Part shown: in pieces, positions 1-13,900 of the stretch
How positions within the stretch are numbered: the stretch's first letter is position 1
Layout of the letters: every line of letters begins with the position of its first letter
Origin: Octopus vulgaris
Lineage: Eukaryota
NCBI GenBank assembly: GCA_951406725.2
Contig: OX597833.1
Span: 8,246,001 to 8,310,000, forward strand
Direction of reading: 5' to 3'
Length of the DNA stretch: 64,000 nt
Notes under the pieces: model-generated
What the model saw: the letters and a program-made list of their open reading frames with translations, nothing else
Told to the model about the DNA's origin: nothing
Database searches by the model: none
Translations under genes and position numbers: made by a program

Positions 1-3000
1 GACATTAAACTGTAGAGAAAAGCTGGAAGGATTGGTCAAACAAACAAAGAAAACAAAAAGCCTTGCAGTATTTGTCCCAGGGTTCAAATCATGCCAAGGC
101 CAACATTGGCGTCCTTTCAGGGATAAAACACCAGTCACACACACGGGTCAGTGGCATCAAATAACCCCTAGAAATTTAGTTCCTTATCAGTGCTGATCCA
201 GCCATGACCATTCCAGTTTAATGTCTCCATAACTATTGTGTTTTTAAAATGGTGAGGTTACTGTTGTTTTTAGCAGATCAAGTTTAGCACATAGAAACTG
301 CCAGATTGGTCCAAGTTGTTGCTTCTTCAGCAGAACAAAGAATCCCAACGCTTGTGAAAATCCCAGTCAACAAATAAAGGTGGAAGAAGCAGGGATTCAG
401 ATTCCTCACAAGATTCTTTTTGTTGGGAGAATTCAAACGTAATTTGCTGGCATCGTATTGGCCGCCACCGAAGTGGATCCTAGAACAGCCAGCTTCCTCC
501 AGCAGGGGTCAAACATCTGCCACAGTTCTCTTCACTTCTGTCCAATAGATTCTCATATTTCAGGTGTTCTTGGGTTTGTCCCTTTTCTCATTTTCCTTCT
601 TCTGATCTCCACATCATTGCTATCTTTGCACGTCCAGTGGATGCCACTTGAAACTGACCCAGTGTTATAATGATGTGTACCAGCTGGAGCATCACAGCCT
701 TGCAGAAGGATTTCTTTGTAATTCCGTCTTGGCAAGTGTCTTTGAGTGTTCTTCCATCAACACCATTGGCCAAATGTTTCTGTCCCATTTGTCGGCCACC
801 ATTGCCATCCTCTGCAGACACAACACCTATTGTCCAGCATAATGTGAGGACATAGTGACCGCTCTGGATGGAAGCAGCAAGAGTTTGAATTGAGTGACAG
901 ACCCAACTGGAGGAGAAATCTGAGGACGGAATGTGTGGCAGACGAAAAGCCAAGGGCCATTGAGGAGGGGTTGTTTAAAAGATCTGCACAACTTCTGTAG
1001 ACATAGAAAAAGAACAGACATTGAATTAATCACTTTAATGAGAAAGAATTAAGCAGCAATATTTTAATGAATGAAACGAGGTATAAAATTAACATCTTTA
1101 TTTTCAAAGTTGAGATGAAAATGTAATTAAGGCACTTACAAAAAAGGTACAATAAAAGGGTTTGTCATACATGAAGAAGGAGAGCAAGATTTCAAGACTA
1201 CTTTATTCTATAGTTTCTCTAAGACACCACTAGGGGATCAAATAACGGCAGTCACCAGTGCCTAAACAAACAACCATGGATTGAACCAACAATGGTTTGG
1301 TTTAGAAACCAATGTGTTCCAGAATGGAACGTTTGGAATGCAAAAGTGGAGGGAGGGTCTTTGAAGTAAATATCAAGGGGGGGGGGAAGGGTTCTTTTAA
1401 TAAATAAATAAATAAATATGGTAGTATCCCAGCATGGCCACAACCAACAGGAATCAATAAAAGAGAAACAACAGAAAAGTGGAGAACTGTTCTTCTATGA
1501 CAGGAAACTTCTAAAGAATTCAAAACCAGAACTGTCTGAGATCAGAGACAAAAATTAAATTGTGACCTCTAAGAAAGCCTTTGCTGTTAGATTAATTACA
1601 ATTATATAAGTGTAAGGATATAAACACAATTCTTCTCTGCTACATGTGGACCCCCCCCCCAATCAAAGGGATGTCTCCTGACAGACTGTTTTACAATTGG
1701 TGGATTGCTCATCAGAGACGACATACTTCTTTTGCCTTTCCTACCCAACTGACAAGCACTTAATGGCTTGTCATTACACCAGACAGCTTAATTAAACACA
1801 ACACAGTATGTATCAGACAAACTGAATTAAATCTAAACCTATTAACCTTTGCTGTGAAATTAATCACAATTAGATAAATTAAAATATGGAAATGAAACTC
1901 CGTCTCTGCTCTTAGTTTTGTGGAAATGAATTCTTATTGAAAATATCTAAGATTCTAGTTTTACCATTATAATACAGAGAAATTCTTTATTCCTTTTATT
2001 TTTTACTAACACAAATGCACAGCTTAGTGATTATGGTGTTCAGGTCACAATCATTAGGACATGGGTTCAATTCTTGAACCGGGCAGCAGGGTGTGTCATT
2101 TCACAATGCTTCAGTCTATACAACCAAAAAACAAGTACCAGCGATTGCTGTGGGTTAAATCTGCAATGGACCAGGGTCTATTCAGTGATCTTGTACTGTC
2201 AACACCTAAGCACCTTGAAGATCCAGATAAGCTCTGACCACCACGACATTGGAGACATGGGGCAGACTTTAGATTAATTAGAGACCACAACCACCAAAAA
2301 AACTGTTCAGTTTTAGAAAAACTACACAAAAAAAATCTACAAAAACAAAAAAAAACTTTTCCTAATTATTCACAAAAAAGAAAGCAACTTTTTGCACTCA
2401 AAATTACAAACACAATTAAGCAAATTAGATTTTGGAAAGCGGACATTAAACAACAACGATGAGGATGATTTCTATGTCAGATTTCAACACAGTTTTCCTA
2501 AATTAACAGACAAACAATAAAGAGCCATATTGAAGTGATGGGGAAAATGGTTAACGAGTTTATATAATGTGTAAGGAATAGACCCAGTAAGGAGTTGAGA
2601 CAACAGTTCAAAGGAGAACTCAATACACATGTTGGGTAGCAGGGAGATATGTTTATTAGTAGCAAAAAACCCTAGAGAGAGAGAGTTGATCTGGTTCAGG
2701 GATCCAGTGATAACAATGACTGAACTTCAATCATTAAGGGACATAAGAATATTGATGAAGAAATTCTTCATGATGTTAACCAAATCTGTTGGGTCATGTT
2801 TTAGTAAATCGATACATTTGAAACCATAAGAAAGTTAAGGTTAATGAGGGATAAAACATCATGAACACAGGTGTACGATGATTGCTGGTTAATACCCTGA
2901 ACAGGTGTTAAGAATGACACCTGATAATAACAAAGGTGACACTAACAGACCGAAAATATCTCCAGCAATAAGTTAAACTGTGACTAAGCACTAAATATTT

Positions 3001-5369
3001 CGTTGGACCTTAAAAATGAGTTTGTTTGACCAAAGTTTAAAATCTCCGACCTAGCAGGACAGTTGGTACTTCAAAGCTAATCCAGGAATTTTTATTTCAG
3101 TTTCCTTCCTCCTTACAAGAACTTCTCAACAACATTCAACCTCTTTATCGTGTCTCATGCACCAGATTCCTTCAGTAAAGTTGACAAAGTGGACACCACC
3201 ATTACAGGCCAAAACTCTCGGGGGTCAGTCATTTTGGCCTCGGTCTGGTGACTATGTCGGTCAGTCTGTCAACCCTACGGTCTCACTCAAAACGGAGTGT
3301 GATTTCAAAGTGAAGCAATTTGGGTAAGGAGGTGCATGAGCCAAAGTTAGAACTCACTGAAGTTAGAACACAGTCTTAGGAGTTCTACCTTAAGCAAGTT
3401 AACTAACCAACAAAATTTCATTAAAAAGGAAAAAATAAAAACATACAAATGTACTTGTGACAACATTTTCCAGTTGTAAAAGTCCATCGGATGTGATAGA
3501 AGAGGAGGTGAACAAAAAAAAAAGCAATCACAAATACAAGATTTTTCTGTGTCTTGCAGAAACAACAAACGAGACAGATTGAATATTCCATCAGCTAAAA
3601 GTACCAAAATCTTAAAACTTGTGGCTTTTTCTACCTTGAAACTGAATATTTAAAAAAGTTTTGATATCTTAAAATTGTTTTGTAGACTTAAACTTATCAA
3701 AACAGAAGCAGGAAGAGGAGGGGGGTGTCTGGGTATATTTACGACTAAAGACTAAAAAACAAAACTGATTGAGAAGTTGAAAACAACAAACTCCAATGAA
3801 AAATATGTGCTGAACTACAGACCCAAAGATTACGAGTTCAAGACTAGATGCTAGCACTTGTCTAAGAGACTTAACGGAGTTAAACTACTTCTAATAAATA
3901 TACACATGCCCTCTTTAATTAAACTAGATGGACTTAGACAATCTACACTAAGTTGTTTGGCTTTTAAAAGTTTTTGAAAATAACTGGATTTGGAAAACCA
4001 TTAAATCTAAAAAAAAAGGATTAAAAAAAAACATCTATGAGAGAAGTTTCTTCCACACACACACACACACAGAGTGTAAACAATTGCCCAATGAAGTAAT
4101 GTTGTGTGTCCTCAATGTGTATCTGTTGAATGATGTTTCGTTGTAAACCAAAGCCCCAAAAGATGCCAATGTTAGGGCAACAACAATGAGGAAATAAATC
4201 TCTTTTTAGGAAAACTGAGTCTCACATATTAAATAAAAAAGATGAGAAATGTTTCATTTGACGACAATGACAGCAACAAGGGAAGGGAGACAATCCAAAC
4301 GCCCTCTTCTCAAAAAAAACAAACTATAGAGTGTAATTGCTTCTTCATCATCTATGGAAGAGTAGGAAAGAATGTGTGGTTAAGAAGCTCAATTCACAAT
4401 TATGTGGTTATGGGTTCAATCCCAGGGTACAGCACTTCGACCAATGTCTTCTACTACAACTTCTATAGTCTTGTGAATGGAATTTGGTAAAAAGGAAATT
4501 GTACGAAACCCTTTTATATGTGCATGCGAGTATGTGTGTGTGTACACACCCGTTCTTGTCTTGAATTAATGTTGACAGTCTATAGAAAAGAAATGGCTTT
4601 TGTGTCTGATGACTTAGCAGTGGGGCAAATAAAAACTGATAAAGATTCAAAGTAATGAAATGGTCTGAAATGATTGAGTGTAAGCCTGACAAGCTGATGC
4701 TGTAGCATGGCCGTGATCCAATAACAACCCACTAAAAGAGTGAGCACCACGTAGATACATGTGTGTGTGTGCATATATATATATATTTATTCTCTGACTT
4801 GTCTCAATCATCTGAGTGTGGTCATGCTGGGGCACTTACATGAACAAACCCTGTTCTTATTTATAAGTCTGATGTTGATTGCAGTTGGTCAAACAACTTA
4901 AGGGACATAAACAAACCAACATCATTTTTAAAGCAATGGTAACCTAAAACAGACATAAACATACATCATGTATTATATATACACACGTATTGTATAGACA
5001 GGGACCCAATGGGTTTCCACAGAATTACTATTTACCAATTTCACTTGCAAGGCTTTGGCCAGCTTGAACTTATAGCAAAAGACATTTTGGTCGAGGGACC
5101 GTGCAATGGGATTGAACCTGAAACCATAAAGGCATGAAGTAAGCTTCTTAACCACACATCTATGTGTCTCAGCTGAGGAAATGTGGACAGTGCATAGGTT
5201 GGGGGTGGTTGGGGAGAGACGAAAAAAGATCTCACAAGGTTGGAGCCAGACCAAGATGAGGATGGACAGCCATGAGTGGAGAGGGAGAGAGAATGAGGTT
5301 AAACAGGCAAATTGAAACCATCACAAAAAATAAGGGAATGCAAAAAGGATACAAGCACACACGAGCGTA

Positions 5370-5430
5370 TACATGTGTGTGTGTGTATATATATATAAAT
5401 ACATACACACACATATATACATATACATAC

Positions 5431-5486
<56 letters not shown>

Positions 5487-5670
5487 GTCACATGTGTATG
5501 TATATACATATACATTTATAAATGTTATACTATATATATATATATATACACATATATACACACACATACACTATATATATATATACACACATGTATACAT
5601 TATATATATATACATGTGTATACATCATATACATAAATATATACACATGTATACACACACACACGTGTAT
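5370..5670. repeat. (TA)n/(CA)n compound microsatellite
   Basis: Direct reading. Confidence 0.9.
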
Positions 5671-6031
5671 ATTCTTTTATGTGTTTCCACCCCCTTCACT
5701 ACACTACCCACCACCCAAAGGACTTTTTCAAAAGAATGAAAATAATTTTGACATTTTTAAAGAAAAATAAATGAAAAACAAGAACAAAAAAAAGACAACA
5801 AAAACTGTACTTCTTTCTGTGGTTTTGGTGGAGGTGGTGGCCATCCCCCATCAGAAAGTTGTAGGAAACTTCTTCATTTGTAAGAGACGACCGTCGGATG
5901 GCTTAGGAAAGGATCAACAAGGTCATTGCTCTGGCCAGATGGACATGGAGTTTGGTTGGACATGTCTAAGGTGTCCAGGGGTGAAAGGTGAAGTGCAGGA
6001 CAAGAGAGGAGAGACCCATCACCCTCCTGCT

Positions 6032-6757
6032 TCACTGCAGTTCAAACTTGAATCCTCTTTTCTCCAGGTCTTTTCTGGCTTCTTTCAGTTGCTGAAAAAG
6101 AGAAATATTATTTCATTTAAATAATACTCAGAGTATCAAGACTAGAGACAGATACCTGGCACATCCTGTCTGACCTAGTGCTCCCACTGACAACACACCT
6201 GCCATATCATATGCATATAAATACATGCACACACACACACTATGAATATGCATACAATACACGCAGAGCAAACTTGCCTGAAATTAAATTATTAATCAAT
6301 ATTTGAAAGTTAAAATGTTTAAATGAGGGTCTGGAAGGGAATTTATGAGAGAGAGAGAAAGAAAGATTGAAGGAGAGAGAGAGAGTAAAAGAGAGAGAGA
6401 GAGAGATTGAAAGAGAGAGAGAGAGTAAAAGAGAGAGAGAGACTGAAGGAGAGAGAGAAAGATTGAAAGAGAGAGAGAGAGATTGAAAGAGGGAGAGTAA
6501 AAGAGAGAGAGAGAGAGAGAAAGAAAGAGAGAGAGAGAGTTGGTTACCTGTTTCAGTTCTGAGGCAGCATTGATGCAGTCATTGAATGTGGCCACATGGT
6601 ATCCAATGATTCCTAGAGACACACACTGGAAGAGAGAATAGAGAGAATGGTCAGGTGAGAGGTGGTCACGGTAATTGGGGTGGAGAGGAAATAGTATGGG
6701 TGTAGGTATAATTTAATTTACAAATCCACTGACAGACACACACACACACACACACAC

Positions 6758-6805
<48 letters not shown>

Positions 6806-7937
6806 AATAAGCAACAAGAATGAATCCGGTAATTTGGTACAATTGTTTCATACTACAACATTTTATTAAAAGTTGTAAGTATTACAGCAGATTTAATAAA
6901 ATGCTGTAGTGTGAAACAATTGTACCAAATTACCGGAGTCATTCTTGTTGCTTATTTTTGTATATAATCACCCGCAAATTTTTTATGGATAACACCATAG
7001 AAAATTCTGGTACATCTAAATTAAGTACCATATTCATTTGAATATCATCATCATCGTTTAACGTCCGTTTTCCGCGCTAGCATGGGTTGGACGGTTCGAC
7101 CGGGGTCTGGGGAGCCAGGGGCTGCCCCAGGCTCCAGTCTGATCTGGCAGTGTTTCTACAGCTGGATGCCCTTCCTAACGCCGACCACTCCGCGAGTATA
7201 GTGGGTGCTTTTTACGTGCCACCTGCACAGATGCCAGAGGGGTCTGGCATCGGCCACGATCGGTTGGTGCTTTTTTATGTGCCACCGGCACAGAAGCAAG
7301 TCAAGGCGGTGCTGGCATCGGCTACGTTCGGGTGGTGCTTTTTATGTGCCACATATGTATGTATGTATATATATATATATATAGACGGAGAGTGTGTGTG
7401 TGTGTGTGACATGTTAGAGGAGTGTGTCAAGAAGGAGTTTCTACTTTGGCAGAAGAGTTAAATCAAGGAGTAACAACACACCACCAGGTCAAAGGTCATC
7501 ATGTAAGGAATTCACTTAACAACACACATCAGAGTTCCACTAATTTATCCACCAATTTTGACCGATAACACAGATTTAGCGTTTGCCCACCAGGTACAAC
7601 CCAATCACGCAGATGGGACTTTGGGAAGCTTCAAAAGAATTTCTTTCCTAGAATTTCATTTCCAACATAAGGCTACGTCTACCATACAACAGAATAAGAG
7701 GGCATCATCATCATCATCATGTTCATCTTCCCATGCTTGTAAGGGATGGACGGAATTTGCTGAGACAGGATTTTTACTGCTGGATGCTCTTCCTGTCACC
7801 AACCCTCACCTACTTCCAAATAAGGTAATATTCCCCCCACCATGTCAATGTCCCCATAGAAGACTGGAAGGGAAATACATTTGTTTTATAACTATCACAA
7901 TCACACGTGTCTATGTATATATACATACACACACATA

Positions 7938-7989
<52 letters not shown>

Positions 7990-10900
7990 GACCATAAAAC
8001 CCATGTAATTTCTGCAATTTTTTTTGCAAAAATAAAACAACTTTAGGGAGTGTTTAAATTACATGAGTTGATGGTTTCCTGAATTTTTTTAGAAATTTTT
8101 GTTGTTGCAAAAAGACGTCCAAAACGTAAACATTTGTAGCAGAAGTTGACTCATTTAATGTCAGAAAAGGTTTTTTTACAGAACAAATAATGATTTATAC
8201 GTATGTACAAGCACACACAATCATATCAACATATATACACACAAATACATACATATAATCTTAAAGTATATACATTTATCCATCTACACATGTTTCTATT
8301 TTCACAGACAATGGTTAAACTCAAATATTTTTTTTTTATTTTACATAGACATATACATATGTGCATATATATATATATATATATATATCTGTATGTATAT
8401 AATTTATACATATATATATATACACATATGTACATGCATATATATATATATATAAAACCTTCGACAGAGTAACAGTCATATATACAACTTGAACAGACAC
8501 ATGTATCTGAATATAAACATACATTTAAATGCAGATACAAGTCTCTTCTTAAATTCCGCACCTCTTTTGCCCAATAAACACCGAGTTAAACTTGCAAAGC
8601 TGTTTATTTTCTCCTTTCGACAAAATGGTAATGACAAGTTTTAAAGTTTACTTGACATTTTATAAGTGTGAAAGGGATTCAAATTTCGATGCTTCATATC
8701 AAAGGTTTCAACAAGAACAGACGGAAAACCAGAGCTTGAGACAAGAAGACACTTTTGATAGCAATCAGAATTCTGTTTACATAATGAGCTTGATCGGTCA
8801 CCTTACTCTGTCGGTTGAGTAAAGTGTCATCCAAGCTGATGTCTATTGGTAATTAAACTTAATTTGCAACACCTGTGCATATTTATCAGCTTTGGTTTTT
8901 ATTGACAATTCTTAACTTTTCTTGTGATTGTGATTTGAGAAGACATACAGCAGTAAGCTAAATCATCATCATCATCATTATCATCGTTTAACGTCCGCTT
9001 TCCATGCTAGCATGGGTTGGACGGTTCAACTGGGGTCTGGCAAGCTCGAAGGCTGCACCAGGCCAGTCAGATCTGGCAGTGTTTCTACAGCTGGATGCCC
9101 TTCCTAACGCCAACCACTCCGAGAGTGTAGTGGGTGATTTTATGTGCCACCGACACAGGTGCCAGACGAGGCTGGCGAACGGCCACGCTCGGATGGTGTT
9201 TGTTACGTGCCCTCAGCACGGAGGCCAGTCGAGGTGGTACTGGCTACGGTCACATTCGGATGGTTTTCTTATGTGCCACCGGCACTGGTACCACAAGGAT
9301 ACAAATTCCATTGATGTTCATCTATTTTGATTTGGTTTGATTTGATTTTGATTTTGGTTTTGATTTTCACTTGCCTCAACAGGTCTTCACAAGTGTCACA
9401 AGAAGGAAGGTATGCACAGGTGGACTGACTACGTCCCAGCTAGGGGCCACAGGTTATGGCTTCACTAGTCTTGCCGGGTCTTCTCACGCACAGCATACTT
9501 CCATAGGTCTCGGTCTCTAGTCATTTCCATGGTGAGACCTAACGTTCGAAGGTCGTGCTTCACCACCTCGTCCCAGGTTTTCCTGGGTCTACATAATCTC
9601 TCGTGGGCAAGAAATGTAAAATAAAGTTTATTATATACAACACAAACACTTCATAATTTAATAGCTTTCAACGTGATACCTGTTAAACAGAAATTACTTT
9701 TATTTAATGAAAGTTTAATAAAACCTAATCATAAGTGAAATTATGCTAAATACAACTAAATTAAAAACCTTTCCCCTCTGGCCATATCAGCAACTCTGAA
9801 AACTTTTGGCAGCAAATTTTACATGAGTAGAAGCTTTTTTTTTGACAAATTTTATCTTGAAAATCACCTGCATAAATTACACAGGTGTGCATTTAATGTC
9901 AGAAAAGGTCTTTTTACAGAACAAATAATGATTTATACGTATGATACAACAAAGAGAAACAAGGAATAAGAAGAATTGAATGGTTACTTACAGCAAAGGA
10001 AATAATCAAATAGAGAGGCATCTGTAATGGAAAAGTAAAAAAACTAATTAGTTATGTGGGGTAGGGAGTAGGACAGGGAGTGTGTGTGTGTGCGTGAAAA
10101 TGTAGGGGAGGATGTGCAGAGGATTTATAGGGGAAACAAGTGTAACCGGGGCTGAACAAATATTAACTTGTCACAGCTGAAGTGACATGGTGATCCCCAG
10201 GGGTCAGTTAAACTTTGGTGAAACAACATAATTAGGGCTTTGAACACAGCCCCAAGACTCAACTGAAACCAGGCCACAGATATAGCAGGGGAGAGATATC
10301 TCAACGGGGTTTAATGTTTGACATAATTTAAGGACAGGTTAACGAGATAGTATAAAGGAGACTGGGTTAACGAGTTAAATGAGACACTATTAATCAGGGT
10401 TATGGTGTGGTTCTTAAATTAAGGAAAGAGAAAAAATGTGGCTCTTGGGTTAGCAGAACATCATCATCATCATCATCATTCAATGCCCATTCTCCATGCT
10501 GGCATGGATTAGAGCCAACTAATCTTAATAAATTCAAATGAAAAAAAAGGATTAGGTGGGTGTGGCCATTGCTGTCTTCACTAAACACACCCTGAATATA
10601 AACGAAATAGCTACACCCGAGAAACACACCACCCAGTCTTGTTTTACCAAGAGTCTACCATCAACTGTAGTTTGTTATGAGACTATTTACTCTTTTACTT
10701 GTTTCAGTCAGTTGACTGTGGCCATGCTGGAGCACCGCCTTTAGTCGAGCAAATCGATCCCAGGACTTATTCTTTGTAAGCCTAGTACTTATTCTATCAG
10801 TCTCTTTTGCCGAACCGCTAAGTTAGGGGGACGTAAACACACCAGCATCGGTTGTCAAACGATGTTGGGGGGACAAACACAGACACACATATATATACAT

Positions 10901-13900
10901 ATATACGACTGCCTTCTTTCAGTTTCTATCTACCAAATCCACTCACAAGGCTTTGGTCGGCCTGAGGCCATAGTAGAAGACACTTGCCCAAGGTGCCACG
11001 CAGTGGGACTGAACCTGGAACCATGTGGTTGGTAAGCAAGTTACTTACCACACAGCCATTCCTGCGCCTATTGTAGAAAATAACTTTGCTAAACCTACAG
11101 AGAGAGAGCTTCTATCGAGCCACTTTTCCTCCTAGAAATAGCAGCTGATTCTTCTGAAAATCACACCCTACTGTCTAGGGAAAAGAAAGGAGACAGTGGA
11201 TAATGTAATCATTTGACATAGTTGTTAACAGATGGGACAATCATGACTGGAGTGGCTTTGAACATAAGTCTACCCAGGGTTGACTTGGGGGTTAAATAAC
11301 CATATCAATAATTTAGCAGATTTGGAATATAAAGGGGTTTAGCATCATCAATAGCTTTTCAATACTGACCATCATCATCATCATCCTCATCATCTATGGG
11401 TGAAATGGCTGAGTGGAAAAAGTATTTGACTCCCAACTCATAGGCCAGTAGTTCAAACCCACTGGAGGTGTTATGTTGTGTTTCTGGGGCAAACCACTAT
11501 ACCACATAGCCTCAGTCCACCTGGTTCACAACTGGTACACCAACGTGATTTCCTGTAAATGTTACCAGTGGGAGGATTCTTCATCCACTTACATTCATTA
11601 AAGTAGAAGCCACCCTTAAATATGCAAACAAGTACCAGAGACATTCTACCACATACCCTAATAACAGAGTCCTGTCAACACACCCCAGCTCCCACAACGA
11701 TCACCAGCCAGTTTTTAACATCTACTTTTCTCTGACTGCATGGGTCAGAAGAGATTAACAGCTTCTACAGCCAGGTGCCCCTCGTGACATCAACCCCTTC
11801 TTACTTCCAAGCATCAAGCAACACAATAATCCCAAAACCTCTTGAAAAACAAGCAAGAAATGGGTAACATGGAGAACTGGAAACAACACTGCTATAAAGG
11901 GGTCTTTTGTTTGCAAACAGCAGACACATGTGGAGAGAGGGGAAATACAAACTTACACACACTCACGTATGAGTTATGTATACACGCACTCACGTATGAG
12001 TATGTGTATACACACACACACGTCTATGTGTATATACATACACACAAAAGACGGGCTTCCAGGCTACTATCAGTCCACTCACAAGATTTTGGTTGGCCCA
12101 GGGTTATTGTAGAATGCACTTGCCCAAGGTGTTGTGCAATGGGATTGAACCTGAGACCATGTGGTTGGGAAGCAAACTTCTTCACCACACGACCACACCT
12201 GCACCAAGAAATGTATTTCTTGCAATAAATATTATTTAATTTCATTCAATTGACTCCAATTTCAGAAGAAAGATCAATAAAAGAATCGATAAAGCTGTGA
12301 TATTTACCATGAGGGCCACGTTGCGCACTTGTTTGGAGAAGATGACATTGTCGTGGTCAAAGAGGAAAGCGCTCCACAATGACATAATCACTCCGATGAC
12401 AAAGAACCATTCACTGGCTTTGTTGGCCTGAAATTGGGAGAATAAGAGAAAAACATGAGGGGGAGGTCAGAACTGGACGTCTCAACGATGGTGGGGATGG
12501 GGTGTGTGGAGTGGTGATGGTGGTGGTGTGTGAGAGAGAAAATGAGCATGTGTGTGTGTGTGAAGATAGAATGTGTGTGTGCATGTATACACATTTCAGT
12601 TCATTTTAATCAACGACAAATTTGAAAACAAGATTTTAAGAAGTTGCTCCAAAGTAATTGAAGCCCTAAATAATGGTTCACAGTATATCAGATCATATGA
12701 GTGTGGCCGTTGCCAGCCTCGCCTGGCCTCCGTGCCGGTGGCACATAAAAAGCACCATCCGATCGTGGCTGTTTGCCAGACTCGTCTGGCACGTAAAAAG
12801 CACCCACTACACTCATGGAGTGGTTGGCGTTAGGAAGGGCATCCAGCCGTAGAAACACTGCCAGATCAGACTGGAGCCTGATGCAGCCATCTGGCTTCCC
12901 AGATCCCCGGTCAAACCGCCCAACCCATGCTAGCATGGAAAGCAGACACTAAATGATGATGATGATGATGATGTGTGAAGGGAGAGACTTTGATTCGGTC
13001 TCTCACAGAACTTGCTTCTTCTTGGCTCAGTCCACTTAGCTGTAAATAGACTCAGCACATCATTGTTTGAGCCCCTCCCATCAAATAGTCTGATTAACAT
13101 TGTCACTGGTACAAGATCTGTAGTGTAGTAGTAGTTGCTGTTGTTGTTTAGCCCAAGGCAAGTTCTGATCAAGTAGTGTTCTAGCCATGACCATCCCATC
13201 TTTTATACAGACAGAATGTATCCAGAACTAAATAATATATGTTCCCCACCCATTTTTTAAACTGACCGGGTGTTGTTTGAGCAAGATTTAGCTGATAATT
13301 CCAGCAGATGGAACAACCACATAGAGGCCCCTTTTCTCTGCTCACATGTGATGGTTGGTGTTACACACACATCTCAGGTGGTGTTACACACACACACCTC
13401 TTAATTGCAACAGATCCCATCAATATGATCAAATAATTTGCTAAGTCAACTAATAGGGATTAAAGAAAAAGGGATTATAAGTCAATGAATTCAATAGAAA
13501 AAGGATTTAAATATTTAGAGATTTACAAAATGAATTAGATTCCAGCAACATTACAACCTGATGCGATCAGTTAAGGAGAAAAGTAGCTTTATAGAGATTA
13601 AATAACAATGTGTCAGAGGAAGGCCAGAACCTCACGTATTATGACAAGTTTCTGACATCTGAGACATGGTTATTATATGAGATTACTAAGGTCCTAGACG
13701 AGGGTACCATAGTACTTTCCTTGTGAATGTTATCAAAATATGAAGGGACTGAACAACCATGACCACCACTATAAAATGGAAGGAATAACTATTTCATAAT
13801 ATTTGGTAAATTAAGAGAATTATGACATAATTCGGCATTCAAAGAAAAGAATGTGAAAAATTAACAAAATTAAAAACAAAAAATTAGAGGGGTGAGATGT

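Noticed and set aside
5232-5770. YIYI-type ORFs
   Set aside because: (TA)n/(CA)n microsatellites.
8152-8205. Intronic snoRNA in DPM3
   Set aside because: Too short, with no convincing C/D pair or H/ACA double hairpin.
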